Assembly (NCBI GenBank): GCA_009914755.4
Contig: CP068257.2
Span: 480,001-544,000 of the forward strand
Reading direction: 5' to 3'
Origin: the human T2T-CHM13v2.0 reference genome, Homo sapiens
Length of the DNA stretch: 64,000 nt
The notes beneath the pieces were generated by a model that was not told where the DNA came from, ran no database searches, and saw only the letters and a list, made by a program, of their open reading frames with translations. Below are positions 43,982-60,600 of this stretch, piece by piece. Positions within the stretch are counted from its first letter, which is position 1. The number at the start of each line of letters is the position of its first letter. Made by a program: the position numbers and the translations under genes.

Positions 43982-46747
43982 TCATGAATGGCGGTGAGCC
44001 CTGGACAGCCCGCCCCACCCCGGAAGGGTCCCAGGGCGTCGAGGCCTGCGGCTGGGTGTTGGTGGGTTGGGGGGGGACGGCTTGGTGATGCTCGTGGTGG
44101 GGCCGGAGAGACGAAGAGTAAGGGGGCGAGTGGGAATTGGTTAGGGGGGCGCGTTTTGGTGGCTGGCTCTCCGGACCTCTCCAGGAATCCCGCGGGAACT
44201 GGAAGCCGCTCTCTCTGCTCCCATCCATCTTCAGCAGGGAGAAACCGGCCTGGGAGGATGCAGGGGAGTGTGGAACTGAACCTCCGTGGGAGTCTTGAGA
44301 GTTCCAGGACCTCTCTCCGTGAAGGAGGCAGTGCCTGTGCGTGTCGCCGCTGCAGGGACAGTCTCACACGCGTAGGAGTGTGGCTCTCGTTCATTTCCAC
44401 ATAGGAGACCAGAGCGAGACCCCAGAGAGAAGATGCCTCCCCAGCGTGATGGTCTGATGATGGATTCCCGTGTGTGGCAACATGGGGAGTCTGCAGTGTG
44501 GCCGGTTTGGAAACTGGCAAGGAGAGCGAAGGCACCATGCGTGTCTTCAACCCCTCCCTGCATGTTTCCGGGTGCTGCAGAGCTCTGGGAGCAAACAGTC
44601 AGCATGACACATCTCTGAACTGGTCAACAAAGTGATTTAACACTTCCCTAGGCTCTGCCTACCGGGGACATTGTGACATATCTCTGCACTGATCACCCAG
44701 GTGATGGGACTTTTGTCTAGGTTCTGCCTATGGGGGCATTGTGACATATCTCTACACTGACTACCCAGGTGATGTAACACTTGTGTTGGATCTGCCTATG
44801 GGGGCATTGTGACATATTTCTGCACTGATCACCCAGGTGATGGGACCCTTGTCTAGGCTCTCTGTATGGGGACTTTGTGACATATCTTTGCACTGATCAC
44901 CCAGGTGATGTAACTCTTAACTAGGCTCTGCCTACGGGGCATAGTGACATATCACTGCATTGATCACCGAAGTGATGTAACTCTTGTCCAGGCTCTGCCT
45001 ATGGGGGCTTTGTGACATATCTCTGCACTGATCATCTAGGTGATGAAAGTCTTGCTTACGCTCTGCCTGCAGGGGCATTGTGAAATATATCTGCACTGGT
45101 CACCCAGGTGATGGGACTCTTCTCTAGGCTCTGCATACTGAGGGCATTGTCACATATTTCTGCACTGATCACCCAGGTGACGGACGGTTGTCTTGGATTT
45201 GCCTATGGGGGCATTGTGACATATCACTGCACTGATCACACAGGTGATGGAACTATTGTCTAGGCTCTACTTAAAGGGACCTTGTCACATATGTCTTCAC
45301 TGATCACCCAGGTGATGTAACTCTTGTCCAGGCTCTGCTTAAATGGGGTATTGTGACATATCTCTGCACTGATCAGGTAAGTGATGTAAAACTTGTGTAG
45401 GCTCTGCCTACAGGGGCATTTTGACATATCTCTACACTGTTAACCGAGGTGATGTAACTATTTTCTAGGCTGTGCCCACAGGGGGATTGAGACATACCTC
45501 TGCACTGAACCCGAGGTGATCCAACTCTTGCCCGGTCTCTGCCTACTGGGGAAATTGTGACATAACTCTGCACTGATCTCCCAGGTGCAGTAACTTTAGT
45601 CTAGGCTCTGGCTACACGGCATTGTGACATATCAATGCACCAATCACCCAGGTGATATAACTCTTGTCTAGGCTCTGCCTACAGGGTTCTTGTGACATAT
45701 CTCTGCCCTGATCACCCAGGTGATATAACTTCTCTAGGATCTGCCTACAGGGTGCTTTGTGACATATCCTTGCAATGATCACCCAGGTGATATACCACTT
45801 ATCAAGGCTCAGCCTACAGGGGCATTGCGATGTATCTCTGCACTGATCACCTAGGTCATGTAACACTTGTCTAGGCTCTGCCTACAGTGGCATTGTGACA
45901 TATCTCTGCACTGATCATCCAAGTGATGTAACTGTTGTCTAGGATCTGCCTAAAGGGATTTTGTGACATAACTCTGCATTGATCATCCCGGTTTTTGGAT
46001 TTTTGTCTAGGCTCTGCCTAAGGGGGCATTGTGACATATTTCTGGACTGATCACCCAGGTGACAGACTCTTGTCTTGGATCTGCCTAAGCGGGCATCGAG
46101 ACATATCTCTGCACTGATCACCCAGGTGATATAACTGTTGTATTATTTCGGCCTACAGGAGAATTGTGAGAGATCTCGCCACTGATCACCCAAGTGATGT
46201 AACTATTGTCAAGGCTTTGCCTACAAGCGTCTTTGTGGCATGCCTTTGCACTGATCACCCAGGTGATGTAACTCATCTAAATTCTGCCTACAGGAGCTTT
46301 GTGACATATCTCTGCACTGATCACTTATGTGATGTAACACTTTTATAAGCACTGCCTATAGGGAATTTTGACATATCTCTGCAATGATCACCTAGCTGAT
46401 GTAACTCTTGTCTATCCTCTGCCCAAAGGGGGAATTGTGAAATTTCTCTGCACTGATCAACCAGATGATTCAACACTTGTCTAAGATCTGCCTAAAGCGG
46501 TGTTTTCACATATCCCTGAACTGATGATAAAGGTGAGGTAACTCTTGCCTAGGCTTTGCCTACAAGGGACATTGAGACATATCTCTGCACTGATCACCCA
46601 GGTGATGCAACTCTTCTGTATGCTCTGCCTACAGGGTACATTGTGACATAACCCTGCACTGATCACCCAGGTGATGCAGCTCTTCTCTATTCTCTGCTTA
46701 CAGGTGTATTGTGACATATCTCTGCACTGATCCCCTAAGTGATGTAA

Positions 46748-47149
<402 letters not shown>

Positions 47150-49689
47150 TTAGGCTCTGCCTACAGGGGCCTTGTGACGTATCTCTGCACTGGTCACCCA
47201 GGTGATGTAACTCTTGTCTAGGGTCCACCTACAGGGGGTATTGTGACGTATCTCTGCAGTGAGCACTCAGGTGATGTAACATTTATCTAGGCTCTGCCTG
47301 CAGGGGAGTTTTGAAATAGCTCTGCACTGATCACCTAGATTATGAAACTTTTGTCCACTCTCTGCCTACAGTGGGCATTGTGAAATATCTCTTCACTGAT
47401 CACACGGGTGATGGTACTATTCTCTATACTCTTCCTAGAGGGGGATTTGTGACATATCTCTGCACTGATCACCCAGGTGATGGAAGTCTTGTCTAGGCTC
47501 TCTCTATGGGGACATTGTATCAAATATCTGCACTGATCACCCAGGTGATGTTACTCTTTTCTTGGCTCCACCTACAGGGGATATTGTGATGTAACTCTAC
47601 ACAGATCACCTAGGTTATGTAACTCTTTTCCACTGTCTGCCTACAGGGTCATTGTGAACTATCTCTGCACTGAGCATCCAGGTGATAGGACTCTTCTCTA
47701 TACTCTGCCTGGAGGGGGATTTGTGACATATCTCTGCACTGATCACCCAGGTGATGGAAGTCTTAGCTAAGCTATGTCTATGGGGGCATTGTGTCAAATA
47801 TCTGCACTGATCACCCAGGTGATGTATCTCTTTTCTCGGTTCTGTCTACAGGGATTTTTGTCACATATGACTGCACTGATCACCTAGGTGATGTAAGCCT
47901 TGTATGCACTTTGCCTATAGAAGGCTTTATAACACATCTATGCACTGATCACTGAGGTGATGCAACTCTTCTCTAGGCACTGCCTACACGGGACATTGGT
48001 ACAAATCTCTGCACTGATCACCCAGGTGATGGACACTTGTCTTAGATCTGCCTAAATGGACATTGTGACATCTCTGAACTGATCAACCAAGTGATGAAAC
48101 TCTTGTCTAGGCTCTGCCTACAGGGGCTTTGTGACACATCTCTGCACTGATCACCCTGGGGAGGGAACTCTTGTCTATGCTCTGCCTACAGGAGGCTTTA
48201 TGACTTATAGCTGCACTGATAACCTAGTGGATTTAACACCTGTCTGGGCTCTGCCTTCACGGGAATTCTCACATATCTCTGCGCTGATCACCCGGGTGAT
48301 GTAACCCCTGTCTAGGTTCAGCCTACAGGAACGTTTTGACATATCTCTGCACTGATCACCCAGGTGATGTAACCCTTGTCTAAGCTCTGCCTACAGGGGC
48401 ATTGTGACAGATCTCTCCACTGCTCACCCAGGTGATGTAACAATTGTCTGGGCTTTGCCTGCGGGGCTTTGTGATATACATTTCCACTGATCAAACAGGT
48501 GATGTAACCCTTGTCAAGGTTCTGCTTACAGGGGCTTTGTGACATATCTCTGCACTGATCACCCCAGGGAGGAAACACTTGTCTACACTCTGCCTACAGG
48601 AGGCTTTACGACTTATCCCTGCACTGATCACTAGGTGAGGTAATACTTGTCTAAGCTCTGTCTACACGGGAATTTTCACATATATCTACAATGATCACCT
48701 AAGTGATGTAACCCTTGTCTAGATTCAGCCTACCGGGCATTTCTGACATACCTATGCACCGGTCACTGAGGTGATGCAAATCATTTCCAGGCTTTTTGTA
48801 CAGGGGACATTGTGATATATCTCTGCACTGATCACCCAAATGATGCAAATCTTCTCTAGGCTCTGCAGGGAGGGGGCATTGTGACATATTTCTGAACTGA
48901 TCATCCAGGAGATGTAACTATTCCCCAGTCTTTGACTAAAGAGCGTCGGTAGGTGTTGGGAGAGCCTCAGCTGGAATTACACGGATGGACAAGCACACAG
49001 AGAGGCCAGCGGGCTCCCTTGCACGTCAGCTGGGGTGCGCAATGAGCGCAGGTCTAGCCAGGAGGCCGGCAAAGAGAGGTAGAGGTCTGCATTCCGCCGC
49101 CAGGCACTCCATGGTGGCAGCTGGGAGGCTGCAGTGGCACGGGTGGGCCTGTGACGGTTTCGCGGAGACACAGAGGAGGCGAGCCGCCAGAGGGGTGTCA
49201 GGCCTGGACGCTGCTGGGGCCCAGTGTTTCGCAGCACGGGGGTCTCCACACAGCCCAGAGGAGGACGCATTTTCCGGGGGTGGGGTTCGGGGTTGGGGGT
49301 TGTTCAGGCGTGGGTGGGGCTGTGGAAAGGCATGAGAGCTCTGCCTGGGCTGCTCCCACAGCCCAGGCGGCTGCCCACATACCCACGCATGCACAGTAGG
49401 TGGCCCACCTGCTGATAACTGGGACGGCTCTGGGATCCCCGGGATGCCCAGGAAAGAATTGCTGTTCCCCGCTGTGTGAAGCCTCTCACCGAGCCTAGAC
49501 TTAGAAGGGAGGAATCCCAGGCCGGTCAGCCCAGTGGAGGGGGCGGGGGTAAGACACACCCCTCCATAGCCAGCCAGGTGTTCCTCGCGAAAGAGAGGCC
49601 ACCGCCCTGCCCCAACCCGAAACCGTCCCAACCCCACGTCCTAAATCTCTGTCAGCAGAGACCGTTTATTCTTCCTCCGTGAGGGGTGC

Positions 49690-51034
<1,345 letters not shown>

Positions 51035-51045
51035 CTAGCGTCTCT

Positions 51046-51051
51046 TATAAA
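51046..51051 (-). promoter_or_regulatory. TATAAA-like box ~140 bp upstream of the DUX4-like ATG (unit 2)
   Basis: The plus strand reads 'gtctcttataaaggcccgcaggcaggcagg'. The position is equivalent to the boxes in units 1 and 3. Confidence 0.35.
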
Positions 51052-51705
51052 GGCCCGCAGGCAGGCAGGCTCCACCCCTTCATGAATGGCGGTGAGAACT
51101 GGGACAGCCCGTCCCACTGCGGAAGGGTCCTAGGGTTTCGAGGCCTGCTGCCGGGGGGTGGTGGGGTTGGGGGGGAGGGCATGGTGATCGTGGTGGTGGG
51201 GCCGGAGAGACGAAGAAGAAGGGGGCGAGGGGGAAGGGGTGAAGGGGGCGCGTTTTAGGGGCTGGCTGTCCAGACCTCTCCAGGAATCCCACGGGAACTG
51301 GAAGCCACTCTCTGGGCTCCCACGCGGCTTCAGCAGGGAGAAATCGGCCTGGCAGGTTGGAGGAGAATGTGGAACTGAACCTCCGTGGGAGTCTGGAGTG
51401 TTCCAGGCCCTCTCTCCGTGAAGAAGGCAGTGCCTGTGGGTGTCGCCATTGCTTGGACAGTCTCACACACGCAGGCGTGTGGCTCTCTTTCATTTCCACG
51501 TAGAAGACCAGAGCGAGATGCCAGAGAGAAGATGCCCCCCCGGCGTGATGGCCTGATGATGGATTCCCGTGTGCTGCAACATGGGGAGTCTGCAGTGTGT
51601 CCGGTTTGGAAACTGGCAAGGGGAGTGAAGGCACCATGCCGGTCTTCCACACTTCCCTACATGTTTCTGGGTGCCCGCAGAGCTCCGGGAGCGAACAGTG
51701 AGCAT

Positions 51706-54700
51706 GACACATCTCTGAACTGATCAACAAAGTGATGTAACACTTGTCTAGGCTCTGCCTACAGGGGTTTTGTGACATATCTCTACACTGATCACCCAGC
51801 TGATGGGACATTTGTCTAGGCTATGCCTGTGGGGGCATTGTGACATATCTCTACACTGATCACCCAGGTGATGTAACACTTCTGTTGGATCTGCCTATGG
51901 GGGCATAGTGACATATAGCTGCACTGATCACCCAGGTGATGGGACACTTGTCTAGAATCTGCTTATGGGGGATTTGTGACATATCTCTGAACTGATCACC
52001 CAGGTGATGTAACGCTCGACTAGGCTCTGCCTACGGGGCATAATGACATATCACTGCATTGATCACCGAGGTGATGTAACTCTTGTCCAGGCTCTTCCTA
52101 TAGGGGGACTTGTGACATATCTCTGCACTGATCATCTAGGTGATGTAACTCTTGCTAAAGCTCTCCCTGCAGGGGCATTGTGAAATGTCTCTGCACTGAT
52201 CACCCAGGTGAAGGGACTCTTCACTAGGCTCTGCCTACTGGGGGCATTGTCACATATTTCTGCACTGATCAAACAGGTGACGGACTCTTGTCTTGGATTT
52301 GCCTTTGGGGGCATTTTGACATATCTCTTCACTGATCACCCACGTGATGTAACTGTGGTCTAAGCTCTGCCTAAAGGGGCATTGTGACAGATCTCTGCAA
52401 TGATCACTCAGGTGATGTAACTATTGTCTAGGCTCTGCTTAAGGGGGTCTTGTCACATATCTCTGCACTGATCACCCAGGTGATGTAACTCTTGTCTAGG
52501 CTCTGCTTAAAGGGGGTATTGTGACATATCTCAGCACTGATCACCTAAGTGATGTAACACTTGTGTAGGCTCTGCCTACAGGGGCATTTTGACATATATC
52601 TGCACTGTTAACCGAGGTGACGTTACTCTTGTCTAGGCTATGCCCACAGGGGGATTGAGACATATCTCTGCACTGATCCCGAGGTGATCCAACTATTGGC
52701 TGGTCTCCACCTACTGGGGACATTGTGACATATTTCTGCACTGATTTCCCAGGTGTTGTAACTTTATTCTAGGCTCTGGCTACACGGCATTGTGACATAT
52801 CACTGCACTGATCACCCAGGTGATATAACACTTGTCTAGGCTCTGCCTACAGGGGCATTGCGATGTATCTCTGCACTGATCACCTAGGTCATGTAACTCT
52901 TGTCTAGGCTCTGCCTACAGTGGCATTGTAACATATCTTTGCACTGATCACCCAGGTGATTCAACTCTTTTCTAGGATGTGCCTACAGGGAGTATTGTGA
53001 AATATCTCTGCACTGTTCACCTATGTGATGTAACTCTTGTCTAGGCTCTGCCTACAGGAGCGTTTTCACATATCACTGAACTGATGACAAAGGTGATGTA
53101 ACTCTTGCCTAGGCTTTGCCTACAGAGGACATTGTGACATATATCTGCACTGATCACCCAGATGATGCAACTCTTCCATACGCTTTGCCTACAGGGGACA
53201 TTGGGACATATCCCTGTACTGATCACCCATGTGATGCAACTCTTCTCTATGCTCTGCCTACAGGGTTCATTGTGACATATTTCTGCACTGATCACCCAGG
53301 TGATGTAGCTCTTGTCTAGGCTCCACCTACAGGGAGTATTGTGACATATCTCTGCACTGATCACCCAGGAGATGTAACTGTTGTCTAGGCTCCACCTACA
53401 GGGGGTATTGTGACGTGTCTCTGCACTGATCACCCAGGTGATGTAACATTTATCTAGGCTCTGCCTACAGGGGCGTTTTGACAAAGCTCTCCACAGATCA
53501 CCTAGGTTATGTAACTCTTGTCCACACTCTGCCTACAGGGGGCATTGTGAAATATCTCCGCAATGATCACCCAGGTGATGGTACTCTTCTCTATACTCTG
53601 CCTATAGAGGGATTTGTGACATATCTCTTCACTGATCACCCAGGTGATTGAAGTCTTGTATATGCTCTGTCTATGGGGGCATTGTGTCAAATTTCTGCAC
53701 CAATCACCCGGGTGATGTAACTCTTGTGTAGGCTCTGTCTACAGGGATTTTTGTGACGTATCACTGCACTGATCACCTAGGTGATGTAAGCCTTGTATGG
53801 GCTTTGCATACAGAAGGCTTTGTGACATTTCTATGCACTGATCTCTGAGGTGATGCAACTCTTGTCTAGGCACTGCCTACAGGGGACATTGGTACATATC
53901 TCTGCACTGATCACCCAGGTGATGGACTCTTGTCTTACATCTGCCTACATGGACATTGTGACATATCTCTGAACTGATCAACCAAGTGTTGAAACTCTTG
54001 TCTAGGCTCTGCCTACAGGGGCTTTGTGACACATCTCTGCACTGATCACCCTGGGGAGGGAACTCTTGTCAACGCTCTGCCTACAGGAGGCTTTATGACT
54101 TATACCTGCACTGATAACCTAGGTGATGTAACACTTGTCTAGGCTCTGCCTACACAGGAATTCTCACATATCTCTGCACTGATCACCCAGGTGATGTAAC
54201 TCCTGTCTAGGTTCAGACTACAGGTGTGTTTTGAAATATCTCTGCACTGATCACCCAGTTGATGTAATCCTTGTCTAAGCTCTGCCTACAGGGGCATTGT
54301 GACAGATCTCTCCACTGCTCACCCAGGTGATGTAACAATTGCCTGGGCTTTGCCTACAGGGGGCTTTGTGATATACATTTCCACTGATCAAACAGGTGAT
54401 GTAACCCTTTTCAAGGTTCTGCTTACAGCGGCTTTGGTACATATCTCTACACTGATCACCCCAGGGAGGAAACACTTGTCTACACTCTGCCTACAGGAGG
54501 CTTTACTACTTATCCCTGCACTGATCACTAGGTGATATAACACTTGTCTAGGCTCTGTCTACACCAGAATTTTCACATATCTCTACACTGATCACCTAAG
54601 TGATGGAACCCTTGTCTAGTTTCAGCCTACTGGGGATTTCTGACATACCTATGCACTGATCACCGAGGTGATTTAAATCATTTCCAGGTTTTTGTACAAG

Positions 54701-54836
54701 GGACATTGTGATATATCTCTACTCTGATCACCCAAATGATGCAAATCTTCTCTAGGCTCTGCAGGGAGGGGGCATTGTGACATATTTCTGAACCGATCAT
54801 CGAGGAGATGTAACTATTCTCCAGGCTTTGACTAAA
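51706..54836. repeat. Diverged beta-satellite spacer 2 (3.1 kb)
   Basis: The 68-bp monomers are colinear with the start and end of spacers 1 and 3, and the middle monomers are missing. Confidence 0.85.
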
Positions 54837-55570
54837 GAGCGTCGGAAGGTGTTGGGAGAGCCTCAGCTGGAATTTCACGGACGGACAAGGGCACAGAGAG
54901 GCCAGTGGGCTCCCTTGCACATCAGCTGGGGTGCGCAATGAGGGCAGGTCTAGCCAGGAGGCCAGCAAATAGAGATAGAGGTCTGCGTTCCACCGCCAGG
55001 CGCTCCGTGGTGTCAGCTGGGAGGTTGCAGGGGCACGGGCGGGCCGGCGACGGTGGCGCGGAGGCACAGAGGAGGCGAGCCGCCCGAGGAGTGTCAGGCC
55101 TGGACGCTGCGTGGGCCCGGTGTTTTGCGGGATGGGGGTCTCCACCCTGCCCAGGAGAGGATGCATTTTCCGGGGGTTGGGGGGGGTGGGGATGGGGTGT
55201 TCAGGCAGGTGTGGGGTGGTGGAAAGGCATGAGATGTCTACCCAGGCTGCTCCCACAGCCCAGGCGGCTGTCCGCAAACACGCGCATGTGCAGTAGGTGG
55301 CCCACCTGGTGGTACCTGTGCTGGCTCTGGGATCCCCTGGATGCTCAGGAAAGAAGGGCAGTTCTCCACTGTGTGGAGCCTCTCACCGTGCCTAGACCTA
55401 GAAGGCAGGAATCCCAGGCCGGTCAGCCCGGTGGAGGGGGCGGGGTGAAGACATGTCCCTCCATAGCCAGCCCGGTGTTCCCCGCGAAAGAGAGGCCACT
55501 GCCCTGCCCCGACCCGACCCAGTCCCAACCCCGCGTCCTAAAGCTCCTGGAGCAGAGCCCAGTATTATTC

Positions 55571-56977
<1,407 letters not shown>

Positions 56978-57610
56978 TCATGAATGGTGGTGAGACCTGG
57001 GACAGCCCGCCCCACCCGGGAAGGGTCCCAGGGCATGGAAGCCTGTGGTCATGGTGGGGTGGGTTTGGCGGAGAGGGCGTGGTGATGGCGGTGGTGGGAC
57101 CAGAGAGATGAAGAGGAATGGGGCGAAGGGGAAGGGGTGAGGGGGTGCGTTTCGGGGGCTGGCTCTAAGGACGTCTCCAGGAATCCCGCGGGAACTGGAA
57201 GCCACTCTCTGGGCTCCCACGCATCTGCAGCAGGGATAAACCGTCCTGGGAAGGTGGAGGGGAGTGTAGAACTGAACCTCGGTGGGAGTCTGGAGTGTTC
57301 CAGGCCCTCTCTCCGTGAAGGAGGCAGTGCCTCTGGGTGTCGCCGTTGCTGGGACAGTCTCAGACACGCAGGCGTGTGGGTCTCGTTCATTTCCAAGTAG
57401 GTGACCAGAGCGAGACCCCAGAGAGAAGATGCCTCTCTGGCGTGATGGCCTTACGATGGATTCCCGTGTGCGGCAACATGGGGAGTCTGCAGAGTGGCCG
57501 GTTTGGAAACTGGCAAGGAGAGCGAAGGCACCATGCCGGTCTTCCACCCTTCCCTGCATGTTTCCGGGTGCCCGCAGAGCTCTGGGAGCAAACAGTCAGC
57601 ATGACACATC

Positions 57611-60600
57611 TCTGAACTGATCAACAAAGTGATGTAACAATTGTCTAGGCTCTGCCTACAGGGGCTTTGTGAAATATCTCTTCACTGATCACCCAGGTGA
57701 TGGGACTTTTGTCTAGGCTCTGCCTATGCGGGCATTGTGACATATCTCTACACTGATCACCCAGGTGATGTAACTCTTGTGTTGGATCTGCCTATGGGGG
57801 CATTGTGACATATTTCTACACTGATCATCCAGGTGATGGGACTCTTGTCTAGGCTCTGTGTATGGGGGTTTTTGACATGTCTCTGCACTGATCACACAGG
57901 TGATGTAACGCTTGACTAGGCTCTGCCTACGAGGCATAGTGACATATCACTGCATTGATCACCGAGGTGATGTAACTCTTCTCCAGGCTCTGACTATAGG
58001 GGGCCTTGTGACATATCTCTGCACTGATCATCTAGGTGATGTAACTCTTGCTTATTCTCTGCCTGCAGAGGTATTGTGAAATATCTCTGCACTGATCACC
58101 CAGGTGACGGGACTCTTCTCTAGGCTGTGCCTCCTGTGGGCATTCTCACATATATCTGCACTGATCACCCAGGTGACACACTCTTTTCCTGGATTTGCCT
58201 ATGGGGTCATTGTGACATATGTCTGCAGTGATCACCCAGGTGATTTAACTCTGGTCTCAGCTCTGCCGAAAGGGGTATTGTGACAGATTTCTGCACTGAT
58301 CATTCAGGTGATGTAAGTATTGTCTAGGCTCTGCTTAAAGGGGCATTGTCACATATCTCTGCACTGATCACCCAGGTGATGTAACTCTTGTCTAGGCTCT
58401 GTTTACATTGGGTATTGTGAAATATCTCTGCACTGATCACCTAAGTGATGTAACACTTGTGTAGGCTCTGCCTACAGGGGCACTTTGACATACCTCTGCA
58501 CTGTTAACCGAGGTGATGTGACTGTTGTCTAGGCTGTGCCCACAGTGGGATTGAGACATACCTCTGCGCTGATTCCGAGGTGATCCAACTATTGCCTGTT
58601 CTCTGCCTACTGGGGACATTGTGACATATCTCTGCACTGATCTCCCAGGTGCTGTAAATTTAGTCCAGGCTCTGGCTACACGGCATTGTGACATATCTGC
58701 ACTGATCACCCAGGTGATATAACTCTTGTCTAGGCTCTGCCTACAGGGGGCTTGTGACATATCCCTACACTGATCATCCAGGTGATATAACATTTGTGTA
58801 GCCTCTGCCTACAGGGGCTTGTGACATATCTCTACACCGATCACCCACGTGATATAACTCTTCTCTAGGATCTGCCTACATTGTGCTTTGTGACATATCC
58901 ATGCAGTGATGACCCAGGTGATATACCATTGTCAAGGCTCTGCCTACAGTGGCTTTGCGATTTATCTCTGCACTGATCACCTAGGTCATGTAACTCTTGC
59001 CTAGGCTCTGCTTACAGTGGCATTGTGTCATATCTCTGCAATGATCACCCAGGTGATGTAACTATTTTCTAGGATCTGCCTACTGGGTGCTTTGTGACAT
59101 ATCCCTGCAATGATCACCCAGGTGATGTACCACTTGTCAAGGCTCTGCCTACAGGGACATTGCGATGTGTCTCTGCACTGACCACCTAGGACATGTAACC
59201 CTTGTCTAGGCTCTGCCTACAGTGGCATTGTGACATATCTCTGCACTCATCATCCAAGTGATGTAACACTTGTCTTGGATCTGCTTAAAGGGACTTTGCG
59301 ACTTAACTCTGCGCTGATCATCCAGGTGATGGGACTTTTGTCTAGGCTCTGCCTAAGGGGGCATTTTGACATATTTCTGCACTGTTCACACAGGTGACCG
59401 ACTCTTGTCTTGGATCTGCCTATGGGGGCATTGTGACATATCTCTGCACTGGTCACCCAGGTGATGTAACTGTTGTATAAGCTCTGCCTACAGGGGAATT
59501 GTGAGAGATCTCGCCACTGATTACCCAAGTGATTTAACTATTTTCTAGGCTTTGCCTACAGGGGGCTTTGTGACATACCTTTGCACTGATAAGCCAGGTG
59601 ATGTAACTCATCTAAGTTCTGCCTAAGGGAGCTTTGTGACATATCTCTGCACTGACCATGTAGGTGATGTAACACTTTTATAAGCACTGCCTGCAAGGAA
59701 TTTTGACAAATCTCTGCCCTGATCACCTAGGTGATGTAAATCTTGTCTACCATCTCCCCAAAGGGGCCATTGGGAAATATCTCTGCACTCATAACCCAGG
59801 TGATTCTACTCTTGTCTAGGATCTGCCTAAAGGGGGTATTGTGAAATTTCTCTGCACTGATCAACTAGGTGATGTAACTCTTGTCTAGGCTCTGTCTACC
59901 GGGGCGTTTTCACATATCCCTGAACTGATGACAAAGGTGATGTAACTCTTGCCTAGGCTTTGCCTACAGGGGACATTGTGACATATCTCTGTACTGATGA
60001 CCCAGGTGATGCAACTCTTCTCTATGCTCTGCCTACAGGGGACATTGTGACACATCTCTGAACTGATCACCCAGGTGATGCAACTCTTCTCTATGCTCTG
60101 CCTACAGGGGGCATTGTGACATATCTCTACACCGATCACCCAGGTGATGTAACTCCTTTCTAGTCTCTGCCTACCTAGGGCGTTGTGACATCACTCTGCA
60201 CGGATCACCCGGGTTATGTAACTCTTGTCTAGTCTCCGCCTATCAGGGCATTGTGAATTATCTCTGCACTGACCACCCAGGAGATGTGACTCTTGTCAAT
60301 GCTCTGCCTAGAGAGACATTGGGACATATCTCTGCACTGATCACTGAGGTGATGTAAAATTTGTCTAGGCTTCGCCTACAGTGGGATTTATGACATATCT
60401 CTGCACTGATCACCCAGGTGATGTAACTCTTGTCTGGGCTCTGCCTACAGGGGCATTTTCACATATCACTGCACTGATCACCGAGATGATGTAACTGTTG
60501 TATAGGCTTCGCCGACAGGGGACATTGAGACATATCTCTGCACTGATCACCCAGGTGCTGCAACTCTTTTCTGGGATCTGCTTACAGGGGACATTGTGAC

